Part shown: positions 48,049 to 56,579 of the stretch, in pieces
Layout: the number at the start of each line of letters is the position of its first letter
Position numbering within the stretch: the first letter of the stretch is position 1
Assembly: GCA_964604195.1 (NCBI GenBank)
Contig: CAZRXW010000001.1
Span: forward strand, 2,358-66,357
Direction of reading: 5' to 3'
Length of the DNA: 64,000 bases
DNA from: an uncultured Bdellovibrionales bacterium
Lineage (GTDB): Bacteria; Patescibacteriota; Minisyncoccia; Moranbacterales; UBA1568
Position numbers and translations under genes: made by a program
Notes under the pieces: generated by a model
What the model was told of the DNA's origin: nothing
What the model saw: the letters and a program-made list of their open reading frames with translations, nothing else
Databases searched by the model: none

Positions 48049-49950
48049 ATGATGCTGTTTTCAAAAAAATCAACGATAGCTACTTCCCACGAAATTGACG
48101 ATGCTGTACTTACTCTTACTGAGAAAGACACAGCTCGGCTTGAGTGGCCTCTTGATCGGCGACGGAGCACGTATTTTTTTGTTTTGGGAGTTTTGCTTCT
48201 CGGCGTGTTTGCTGGCCGTTTAGCGTATCTCAATTTGATTCGGGGAGGAGAGTATCAAACGATGGCACAGAGGAATAGCTTGCGCTCCTTGGTGTTGGTC
48301 GCACCACGAGGTATTATTTATGATCGATTTGGTGAACCACTCGTTCAGAATGAACCAAGCTTAGATGCAGTTATTGTTCCCAATGATCTTCCTCAGGATG
48401 CTACTCAGCGCAGCCAAGTGCTTGAGAGAGCAAAGGCCTTTTTTGAGCCAGAAACAGAATTGTGGGAATCTTTGGTGAAAAGATTGGAGGCCAAGAGCTT
48501 GCAACCAGTCCTTGTCCGCTCACATGTTGAACAGGGCTTGATTGTTAAATTTCTTACTGAACGAAAACAATTTCCTGGAGTTGTACTTATGAAAAGTGCA
48601 GAGCGGGAATATATTGATGGGAAAATTTTTTCTCATCTGCTCGGGTATGAGGGGAAAATACGTCCAGAAGAATATGCAGCGCTTAAGGATGAAGGATACC
48701 TGATGACTGATGCTATTGGTAAGCAGGGGGTGGAACGTAGTTATGAGTCAGATCTTCGTGGAGTTCATGGCAAACAACTTATTGAGGTTGATGCTCTTGG
48801 TGAAGTGAAAAAAGAGCTTGGTATGGTATCACCCCAAAAAGGAAATGATTTATTTCTGACGATTGATGCTGATTTACAGCGGGAGGCTTATCGGATAATG
48901 GAAGATTCACTCGGAAAAGCAAATCTCAGAAAAGGAGCCTTAATTGCACTTGATCCGCGCTCAGGAGCTGTTAGGACATTAGTGAGTTTCCCGAGCTATG
49001 ATAATAATTTATTTTCTGGTGGTATTTCTAGTGCTGCTTACGGTGAGCTTGCCAATAACCCTGATAAACCACTGTTTAATCGCTCTATCGCTGGTGAGTA
49101 TCCGCCAGGATCAATGATTAAACCAATCCTCGCTGGTGCGGCCTTAGCGGAAGGGATTGTTTCTCCTGAAACGAGTATTGAGAGCCGTGGTGGTATCCGG
49201 GTAGGCAGGTTTTTCTTTGGTGACTGGAAAGCCCATGGATTCACTGATCTGAGGCGGGCTATTGCCGTATCAAGTGACGTATATTTTTATTCAATTGGTG
49301 GCGGTTATGGCAATATTTCAGGGCTTGGCATTGATCGTATGAGACAGTATGAAGAGCGTTTTGGGTGGGGGGGGAAAACAGGTATTGATCTCCCCGGCGA
49401 GCAAGACGGTTTTCTCCCTACTCCGAAATGGAAGGAAGATCGTTTTGGAGAACGTTGGTATATTGGTGATGATTATAACTCGTCGATCGGTCAGGGGTAT
49501 GTAACAGCTACACCGCTGCAGGTGGTCAACGCTACAGCAGCTATTGCTAATGGCGGAGTATTGTATCAACCCCGGGTGGTTGAAGCTGTTCAGTCTGGTG
49601 GTGAGCAGTTAAAAAAGACTTCTATTATCACGAATGAAAAAATTCTCTCTTCGGATATTTTGCGGATTGTTCGAGAAGGGATGCGAGAAACAGTTACAGA
49701 AGGAACAGCTCAGTCGCTGAATGATTTACCGGTAGCGGTGGCTGGGAAGACGGGGACAGCTCAGTTTGGCGGAGAGAAGCAGACGCATGGTTGGTTTACT
49801 TCTTTTGCTCCCTACGAAGATCCAGAGCTAGCGGTGGTGGTCTTGGTGGAAGACCAGCCAGAGGAGTCGACATACCATGCTGTCCCAATTACCAGAGCTC
49901 TCTATCAGTGGTACTTTGAAAACCGAAAAAATGGCCAAAATAAGCCATAA
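48049..49950 (+). CDS. mrdA: penicillin-binding protein 2 (class B transpeptidase)
   Basis: N-terminal TM and PBP dimerisation domain. Transpeptidase motifs (SMIKP = SxxK, SSD region, KTGTAQ). Confidence 0.85.
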   Translation: MMLFSKKSTIATSHEIDDAVLTLTEKDTARLEWPLDRRRSTYFFVLGVLLLGVFAGRLAYLNLIRGGEYQTMAQRNSLRSLVLVAPRGIIYDRFGEPLVQNEPSLDAVIVPNDLPQDATQRSQVLERAKAFFEPETELWESLVKRLEAKSLQPVLVRSHVEQGLIVKFLTERKQFPGVVLMKSAEREYIDGKIFSHLLGYEGKIRPEEYAALKDEGYLMTDAIGKQGVERSYESDLRGVHGKQLIEVDALGEVKKELGMVSPQKGNDLFLTIDADLQREAYRIMEDSLGKANLRKGALIALDPRSGAVRTLVSFPSYDNNLFSGGISSAAYGELANNPDKPLFNRSIAGEYPPGSMIKPILAGAALAEGIVSPETSIESRGGIRVGRFFFGDWKAHGFTDLRRAIAVSSDVYFYSIGGGYGNISGLGIDRMRQYEERFGWGGKTGIDLPGEQDGFLPTPKWKEDRFGERWYIGDDYNSSIGQGYVTATPLQVVNATAAIANGGVLYQPRVVEAVQSGGEQLKKTSIITNEKILSSDILRIVREGMRETVTEGTAQSLNDLPVAVAGKTGTAQFGGEKQTHGWFTSFAPYEDPELAVVVLVEDQPEESTYHAVPITRALYQWYFENRKNGQNKP

Positions 49951-50071
49951 ATGTGAGCCTTGACACTCGCTCGGGGGTCTTGTATGATGGGTGGCATCGT
50001 GTATCAAAGTTTTGCTAAGGGCAGCAAAATATCTAAAACACAATCGTACTAAGTTGATAATTCTATCTGTC

Positions 50072-50527
50072 ATGTCAAAAGTATTTACCGAAGAGGGTTT
50101 GAAGAAACTCGTGACTGAACTCGAGGAGCGAAAATCAGTGGTTCGTCAGGAAATTGCTGAGGCTATCAAGGAGGCCAAGGAACAGGGTGATCTTTCAGAA
50201 AATGCTGAATATAGTGAAGCTAAGCGTCGACAGAATGAAAACGAGATGCGTATTGCCGAGCTTGAGGCTGAACTCAAAGAGTCAGTGGTGGCTGCTCCTG
50301 TAAAAAAATCTTCAACAGTACAAGTAGGTTCTAAATTAACTGTGAAGGTGCAGGGAAAGGAAGTGAACTTTGAAATTGTTGGTTCCAATGAGGTTGATCC
50401 AAGCAAGGGACTTATCTCGAGCGAGTCGCCTCTCGGTAAAGAGTTCATGGGTAAAGGGAAAGGTGATACGGTGACCCTCAATGCTCCTGCTGGTACCGTA
50501 AAGTATGAGATTCTTGCAGTAAAATAA
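50072..50527 (+). CDS. greA: transcription elongation factor GreA
   Basis: Coiled-coil N-domain with acidic tip (DLSENAEY) and FKBP-like C-domain. ATG 50072. Confidence 0.9.
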   Translation: MSKVFTEEGLKKLVTELEERKSVVRQEIAEAIKEAKEQGDLSENAEYSEAKRRQNENEMRIAELEAELKESVVAAPVKKSSTVQVGSKLTVKVQGKEVNFEIVGSNEVDPSKGLISSESPLGKEFMGKGKGDTVTLNAPAGTVKYEILAVK

Positions 50528-50534
50528 GAAAGCA

Positions 50535-50560
50535 GCCGGGGCAACCCGGTTTTCTTTTTT
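50535..50560 (+). terminator. rho-independent terminator (CCGGG-GCAA-CCCGG + T-tract)
   Basis: 5-bp GC stem closed by GNRA-type tetraloop followed by TTTTCTTTTTT, 8 nt after greA stop. Confidence 0.65.
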
Positions 50561-50613
50561 GATGCACTAGAGAGAGTTTTTGCTTGCAGGAGCGCTCAAA
50601 AACCGATAGAGTG

Positions 50614-52128
50614 ATGACATATATATTTGGATCTATGCGTGAAGATATTCTTGAAACGAAACGTGAAAAGCTGACCAAACTGATAGAGGCTCGTGGCACG
50701 GCGTATCCTGAAAAGGCTGAACGTACTCATGAAGTGAGTCAGCTGCTGGATCAGTTTGATGCCCTCAATGGCACTGAAGAAAAAGTATCCATAGTTGGGC
50801 GAGTACGATCACTTCGAGTAATGGGCAAGATCGCTTTTGCTCATATTGAAGATGGGACGGGCAAGATGCAGGGATTTTTTTCTGAAGAAATGCTCGCACC
50901 TGTTGAGATGCCGAGTGATAAAAGTTCTTTTGCGCTTTTTAAAGAAACAGTTGAAATTGGAGATTTTCTTTCTATTACCGGAACAGTTTTTGAAACGAAT
51001 CAAAAGGAAAAAAGTATTCGGGTAGAGACATGGCAGATGCTTTCCAAATCTCTCTTGCCACTTCCGGCTGAATTTTATGGACTCAAGGACGAAGAGCAGC
51101 TTCTTCGGAGGCGCTATCTTGATCTCGTCATGAATTCCGAAACTCGTGAACTGTTCCGAAAGAAAAATAAATTTTGGCAGACGGTGCGGCAGTATCTCTC
51201 AAAGGAAGACTTTCTTGAAGTGCAAACCCCGGTTCTCGAACATATCCCCGGTGGAGCTGAGGCTGAACCATTTGTGACGCATCACAATGCTCTCAATCAG
51301 GATTTCTATCTACGTATTTCGCTGGAGCTTCCGCTGAAGAGGTTACTGGTTGGCGGATATGAACGGGTGTTTGAAATTGGTCGGGTATTCCGCAATGAGG
51401 GTATCGATCGAGAGCATCTTCAGGAGTTTGATCACATGGAGTTTTATTGCGCCTATACTGATTTTGAAACTGGCTGTGCCATGGTTGAAGATCTCTATCG
51501 AGAGGTCGTACGTTCAGTGGCAGGCGAGGCGCTGGTAACTACTTTTGAGGGAGAAACAATCAATTGGAGCAAGCCCTTTCCTCGAGTTGATTATTTTACC
51601 GAGTTCAAGCTCGAAACGGGTATTGATCTTTCCGGTGAAGTAACCGTCGAAATGCTCCGAGCTAAAGCTGATAAGCTTCATATCAAGTACGAACTGAATG
51701 CTGGGAAGGGACGACTTATTGATACGATTTATAAGAAAACAGTACGACAGAAACTTATCCAACCCTGCATTCTTGTGGGTCATCCGGTGGAGGTGTCGCC
51801 CCTGGCCAAGCTTGATCCTAAGAATTCTCGTCGGACGCTTCGGATGCAGCCGATTGCCGGGAAGAGCGAACTGGGGAACGGATTTGCCGAACTTAATGAT
51901 CCGATTGACCAGCGAGCTCGGTTTGAGGCACAGATGAAACTTCGTGAAGCAGGCGATCATGAGGCACAGATGATTGATGAAGATTTTCTGGAGGCACTTG
52001 AATATGGTATGCCACCTGCTTTTGGTTTTGGCATGAGTGAGCGACTCTTTGCGATTCTTATGGATCGTTCTATCCGTGAGACAGTCATTTTCCCGCCGAT
52101 GAAGAGCTTGTCAGGGGAGGGAAAGTAG
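50614..52128 (+). CDS. lysS: lysine--tRNA ligase (class II)
   Basis: OB anticodon-binding domain. Motif 2 FRNEGIDREHLQEFDHMEFY. Motif 3 region GFGMSERL. ATG 50614. Confidence 0.9.
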   Translation: MTYIFGSMREDILETKREKLTKLIEARGTAYPEKAERTHEVSQLLDQFDALNGTEEKVSIVGRVRSLRVMGKIAFAHIEDGTGKMQGFFSEEMLAPVEMPSDKSSFALFKETVEIGDFLSITGTVFETNQKEKSIRVETWQMLSKSLLPLPAEFYGLKDEEQLLRRRYLDLVMNSETRELFRKKNKFWQTVRQYLSKEDFLEVQTPVLEHIPGGAEAEPFVTHHNALNQDFYLRISLELPLKRLLVGGYERVFEIGRVFRNEGIDREHLQEFDHMEFYCAYTDFETGCAMVEDLYREVVRSVAGEALVTTFEGETINWSKPFPRVDYFTEFKLETGIDLSGEVTVEMLRAKADKLHIKYELNAGKGRLIDTIYKKTVRQKLIQPCILVGHPVEVSPLAKLDPKNSRRTLRMQPIAGKSELGNGFAELNDPIDQRARFEAQMKLREAGDHEAQMIDEDFLEALEYGMPPAFGFGMSERLFAILMDRSIRETVIFPPMKSLSGEGK

Positions 52129-52145
52129 GATACAACGGGAAAGTA

Positions 52146-52219
52146 GGTCGCATAGTTCAGTTGGTTAGAACGTTCGATTCACATTCGAAAGGTCCCTGGT
52201 TCGAGTCCAGGTGCGACCA
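52146..52219 (+). tRNA. tRNA-Val (anticodon CAC), CCA not encoded
   Basis: Cloverleaf: acceptor GGTCGCA/TGCGACC; D arm GTTC-AGTTGGTTA-GAAC; anticodon arm TTCGA-TTCACAT-TCGAA; T arm CCTGG-TTCGAGT-CCAGG; discriminator A. Confidence 0.8.
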
Positions 52220-52279
52220 CAACAGTCTAACGGGGCAGGCATTGCAGGGGTCGGTGGTTCCCTGCCCGCCTCTGGAGGG

Positions 52280-52297
52280 GAGTCCAGGTGCGACCAC
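52280..52297 (+). repeat. 18-nt direct repeat of the tRNA-Val 3' end (GAGTCCAGGTGCGACCAC), att-like remnant
   Basis: Exact copy of 52203-52220 located 60 nt downstream of the tRNA, preceded by a degenerate T-arm-like hairpin. Confidence 0.6.
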
Positions 52298-52395
52298 TAG
52301 ATTTTTAGAGTAAGTACTGAGAAGTGGTACCCCTTGCTGTTTGGGCGTGTGGCCCACTTATTGTTTTTACAACCAATTTTTCAGTATTATTTTTT

Positions 52396-54714
52396 ATGAA
52401 GGAGCAGATACTTCCTCCATCTTCCTCTCCAGAGAGTGTTTCCAAAAAACAAGAGCTCACCACGAGTCGAGAAGAGCTCATGGCTGATAAGTTAGGACAT
52501 TATCAGGCGCTGAAGACATCAGTACAGGAGATATTTGGGACTGTAGAGATTCCTGAAAGTATTCGGGATAAAGTGCTTGGGCTTCGCCAGGAGATCAAAC
52601 AGGCGATTTCGGAATCAGAGTATCTGGATACGTTTGACGCTCGTATTGAAAAAGAAATTGCTGGACTTACGGAGGTGATATTGGCCTATCAAGTCCCTCA
52701 AGGGAATATTATGGGTTTGGATGAGCGTGCAGTGCAGAAAGAAGCTTTGATTGATTCTCTGCGACTGTATCTTGATTCCTATCGTCTTGCACATAATGCT
52801 GCTCACTTTCGAAAGAATGTGGCAGATCTTCAAGATGATATCCTCAAGGAGCATCAGGCGAGAAGTTTAAACTTTTATGCAGAGGATGAGAAACAATCCG
52901 TGTTAGCTGACCGTGTATTCAAAAAGTACGAAACTGCTGGATTTACCAAGGAGGAAATTGCTGAACTCGTGGCGACGTGCCATCTTGAGCGATTGGATGC
53001 ATTAGAAATTCAAGATCTAAAAATTATTGAGAAAATTGGCAGCATTTTTTCTCGTTTCATGGGTGGTGACAAGACCCGCTATGTTGGTCTCTCGGCGGCT
53101 CTGATGGTGCCGGCTGTGATTGAGGGTTATGCTCCCTCTGTTCTCGCAGATGCTTTTCGAGAGAATAGTATTGATTTGACGCAGGTAGGCTTGTTTGCCC
53201 TCCTGACTTCGGTGGCGGCTGGTGGATCAGCCTTTCTTCAAAAGCGATTCAAAGAATTTCTTGATAAAAATTTTGCTAAAGAAGATGGTTTTGGCCAGTA
53301 CATCGCCGAAGGGGTAGCTGAATTTCCTGGGACGGAAATTGGTACTTTTGGTGCCGAGAAAATAAAGCGTCGGTTGGCAGAGTCCAAATCAAGTTATGAA
53401 CGTATATTACGAAAAATAAGTTTTGATATTGTTCCAGCCGCTGTGACCTTGGCCACGAGTGCTGCGGTTTTGTATCAGCGTAGCCCTGCACTCGCTGCTG
53501 GTACAGTGGTGGGGACAGGCATGATGATGGCCGTCGATCATTATGTTCATAAAAAAGGGAAATTTTGGGATAAGCGTCGGCGAGCCAAGGAAGAAGCGGA
53601 GCAGGTAAGTGAAAAAATGAGCGAGTTGCTCAATGCTCATATGGAGGTGATCCTCTCTGGAGAAAAAGATCGTTTTGCTGCGGATATGGAGGATCTTCTC
53701 GCAAAAGAACGCGTGGCGCTCTCTGATAAGACTTTTATGGACGTGGTTCGTGACAGGGTCGGGGAAATAACGCAAATGGTTAATTTTGTTATCGCTGCCA
53801 TGGCGGCCTATATTGCTGGTGGCACTTCCGATAAGTTTATCGCAGCACTGATGTATTCGGGCCGGTTTCATGAAGGGATAGCCATGATGCTGAGCGCCAA
53901 ACAGGATCTATTAGATTCACTTCGTGACATCGTCCAAATGGAGGTCATGTTTAATGGGTATGCTGCCGAGGAGAAAGAGAAAGATCGAGTGGGCATGAGT
54001 TCACTCGAGCATCAAGATATCCTCCTTTCAGGTGTTGGGGTAACCTTTGGCGAGAAACAGATTCTTGATTCTATCGATGTGACTATCCCCAGCGGCTCGT
54101 TTGTTTCTCTTGAGGGTATATCGGGATCGGGAAAAACAACACTACTGAAAGTATTGGCGGGGTATTATCGACCAACCGCGGGCGAAGTGACTCTTGGTGG
54201 ACAAAACATGGAAAATCTGAAAAAGAGTGGTCCAGACTCTGTTTATAGTAAAATAGCGTATCTTTCGCAATTTCCTTACATAGTGGAGGGTGATGTTCGA
54301 TCAAATCTCACTTTTGGAATTCAGGGTGACGTGAGTGATGATGAGATTCAGGAGGTGTTACAACAGGTGGGGTTAAGCGCTCGATTTTCCAATCTGAGAG
54401 AAAAACTTGTTGGAGGACGAGGTGATATGGGAACTGCTTCTGGCGGTGAAACTTCTCGTATTGGACTAGCAAGGACCCTACTCAAGATGCGAAAAAATGG
54501 AGCCAAGATTGTATTTTTGGATGAACCAACCGCTTCAGTTGATGAAAAAACAGCTACGGAAATAGCCAAGATTCTTAATGAGGAGAAAAAAAGAGACCAC
54601 GGAGTAACCTTTATTGTTATTAGTCACGATAAACATTTTCGTGAACAACTTGAGACGACGCAGATAGTCCAGCTTGGACATGGAAAACTTATGGAGGATA
54701 GTCCTGCGGCCTAA
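52396..54714 (+). CDS. fused ABC exporter (6-TM permease + C-terminal ATPase) with ~230-aa N-terminal cytoplasmic extension
   Basis: C-terminal Walker A GISGSGKTT, signature ASGGETSRIGLARTLL, Walker B IVFLDEPTASVD. Six predicted TM helices between residues ~240-560. Likely start ATG 52396 (track 52324). Confidence 0.65.
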   Translation: MKEQILPPSSSPESVSKKQELTTSREELMADKLGHYQALKTSVQEIFGTVEIPESIRDKVLGLRQEIKQAISESEYLDTFDARIEKEIAGLTEVILAYQVPQGNIMGLDERAVQKEALIDSLRLYLDSYRLAHNAAHFRKNVADLQDDILKEHQARSLNFYAEDEKQSVLADRVFKKYETAGFTKEEIAELVATCHLERLDALEIQDLKIIEKIGSIFSRFMGGDKTRYVGLSAALMVPAVIEGYAPSVLADAFRENSIDLTQVGLFALLTSVAAGGSAFLQKRFKEFLDKNFAKEDGFGQYIAEGVAEFPGTEIGTFGAEKIKRRLAESKSSYERILRKISFDIVPAAVTLATSAAVLYQRSPALAAGTVVGTGMMMAVDHYVHKKGKFWDKRRRAKEEAEQVSEKMSELLNAHMEVILSGEKDRFAADMEDLLAKERVALSDKTFMDVVRDRVGEITQMVNFVIAAMAAYIAGGTSDKFIAALMYSGRFHEGIAMMLSAKQDLLDSLRDIVQMEVMFNGYAAEEKEKDRVGMSSLEHQDILLSGVGVTFGEKQILDSIDVTIPSGSFVSLEGISGSGKTTLLKVLAGYYRPTAGEVTLGGQNMENLKKSGPDSVYSKIAYLSQFPYIVEGDVRSNLTFGIQGDVSDDEIQEVLQQVGLSARFSNLREKLVGGRGDMGTASGGETSRIGLARTLLKMRKNGAKIVFLDEPTASVDEKTATEIAKILNEEKKRDHGVTFIVISHDKHFREQLETTQIVQLGHGKLMEDSPAA

Positions 54715-54745
54715 ATTTTGTGTATAGGCAGAAATACATGGGAGT

Positions 54746-55090
54746 ATGAAAATCGTCTTTTTGGCTGGGCCGTACCGCGGCCGTGGCGAACCCGGGGAAA
54801 TCGAGCGCAATATCGCGCAGTCGGCCAAATTTCAGGCGGCACTGGCGCATGCGGAAATGGTCGCGTATAGTCCCAATATTCATGATGCTCATTGGGAGAC
54901 CCTCAATGGCGGGAGTGAAGCGGCTGCCAAAACATTGCGTGCTTTTACCGAATGGGTGTTTGCAGAATGTGTGACAGCATTGGCGGTTATGCCTGGTTGG
55001 GAGACCTCGACTGGCACCCAAAAAGAAATTGCGTCTGCTCGAGAGCGAGGTATCCCGATTTTTTTTTCCTCCAGAATCCAGATGATCTGA
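54746..55090 (+). CDS. DUF4406 family protein (nucleoside 2-deoxyribosyltransferase-like fold); GC-rich
   Basis: MKIVFLAGPYRG ... MPGWETSTGTQKEIASARERGIPIFF matches DUF4406 pattern (MKIYLSGPM...LPGWE.S.GA..E...A...G.PV) common in (actino)phages. High GC/GC3. Confidence 0.6.
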   Translation: MKIVFLAGPYRGRGEPGEIERNIAQSAKFQAALAHAEMVAYSPNIHDAHWETLNGGSEAAAKTLRAFTEWVFAECVTALAVMPGWETSTGTQKEIASARERGIPIFFSSRIQMI

Positions 55091-55240
55091 CTGAACTTTT
55101 GGCTTGGTATCAATCGTAGGTATCAAATAGTTGCCCCGCACTCCTTTTCATGGTATGAAAGAGGGGCTCTTTGACAATTCCGATGACAATAAAGTCAAGG
55201 AAAAAATCTTCCACAACCCATTACATGATGGAGGTCAGCG

Positions 55241-56428
55241 ATGGCGCAACCTATCCGTAGTTCTGCATTTGATCATGGGCAAGGTCCTTTTGAGCCCCTC
55301 TTGCGGCGCTATGGCGCGAACTTTCATCGGCTCTACGGTGAGCAGGGGATGGCGGTACTCCGTCAAAACGGTTACATCTTCATGGGTGACAGTCGTACAC
55401 CTGGTACTCGTTGGGCGCCGCCCTGGAACCCTACCAGAGTGTTGACGGTACCGTACAACGGGAAGCCGGTTATCTGGCGCAATGAGTGCCCGCACAACAA
55501 GAAGCGACTGGTTCAACCGACGGCCATGCCTGTCTCGGTGAACTTTGGTCAGCCGATCGTCTGCGGATTCCACCACCTGAGTTTCAACCAAGCTGGAGTC
55601 ATTCGTGGCTGTGGCCGGATGGAACTAGCGGTGGGGGCTTTGCCCGTGGATCGCTGTGAAGAGTCACCGCATTACGAGTGGCAGGGGCTGGTGTTTGAGT
55701 TGGGCCAGAATGCCGATCGAGCAGAAGAGCGGCTACGCCAGAGCCTGGCTTTCGCTACGGAGGCAGGTGAAGGGCTGTTCGATTTCACCGACTACGTTCC
55801 TCACTGCTCGGTTGAGGCTCTCCAACGAGCTGATGCCCTTATGTCGATCGTCAATTACCTCGACATCCGGCATATCCCGAGTCACAAGGGCACCCTGGCG
55901 CCATTCGTCAATACGAACGACTACACGCATCGCGGGAGCGATGCCGGTGTGATCCAGTTCATGGGTCTCAATCCCAGCTTCCTCAGCGAACACCCCCTGG
56001 GAAAGCTCTATGTCCAGTCTGGACTCGGAGCTCTCAGGTACGGGGCAGCGTGGCTCACGACCCCAGAAGGACTCATGATCGAGTGGTATCCAGGGGTGCT
56101 GGTCGTCAGTCAGTGCTTCCCACATCCACTCGACCCGATGGCCTGTATCTTCCACCACCTGTTCTACTACCACCGGGCAGTACTGAGGCTCATGGATGAT
56201 GATCCAGCGAATCCGTACTCCTATGTTCGTGCCCACCAACCTGTCTTCAAGGGGACCGGTGACGAGGATGAGCTGTGGTGTAGCGAAGCCACAGCTAATC
56301 TCGTAGCGATGGCAGCTGAAGGTCGAGGAGGAGAAGAGTGGGGCTTCTTTGACCCGGCTCAGGAGAACTATGGCCGTTGGTACTACCAGATGGCTGAGAA
56401 GCGTCTTCGCGAACTGGTTGGATGCTGA
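55241..56428 (+). CDS. putative Rieske [2Fe-2S]-type oxygenase-like protein (tentative); GC-rich
   Basis: CPH-x22-CGFHH resembles the Rieske CxH...CxxH ligand pattern, though the spacer is longer than the canonical 15-17. Downstream DIRHIPSH His-rich segment could be a mononuclear-iron site. No close family recognised. Confidence 0.35.
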   Translation: MAQPIRSSAFDHGQGPFEPLLRRYGANFHRLYGEQGMAVLRQNGYIFMGDSRTPGTRWAPPWNPTRVLTVPYNGKPVIWRNECPHNKKRLVQPTAMPVSVNFGQPIVCGFHHLSFNQAGVIRGCGRMELAVGALPVDRCEESPHYEWQGLVFELGQNADRAEERLRQSLAFATEAGEGLFDFTDYVPHCSVEALQRADALMSIVNYLDIRHIPSHKGTLAPFVNTNDYTHRGSDAGVIQFMGLNPSFLSEHPLGKLYVQSGLGALRYGAAWLTTPEGLMIEWYPGVLVVSQCFPHPLDPMACIFHHLFYYHRAVLRLMDDDPANPYSYVRAHQPVFKGTGDEDELWCSEATANLVAMAAEGRGGEEWGFFDPAQENYGRWYYQMAEKRLRELVGC

Positions 56429-56579
56429 CCCTGCTTTCCTTGATGAAGGTCTCGCCCGGTGCAGCTGCACTGGGCGGGACATGCCACCATACCGATGCAT
56501 ATTGGTGTGGTGGCTTTGCTTTTTATAGGGGAATTCCCTATGCTATACATATTGCTTTTGAACCAAAGTCATTTTTCTT

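Noticed and set aside
55733-56500. 255-aa minus-strand ORF in the GC-rich island, together with the other minus ORFs at 61783-62451, 62455-63006, 63038-63637 and 63638-63961
   Set aside because: High GC suppresses stop codons, so long antisense ORFs are expected. The + strand frames have proper SD sequences, signal peptides and domain motifs. The WRWRWLV periodicity simply mirrors the PPPPPDQ repeat.
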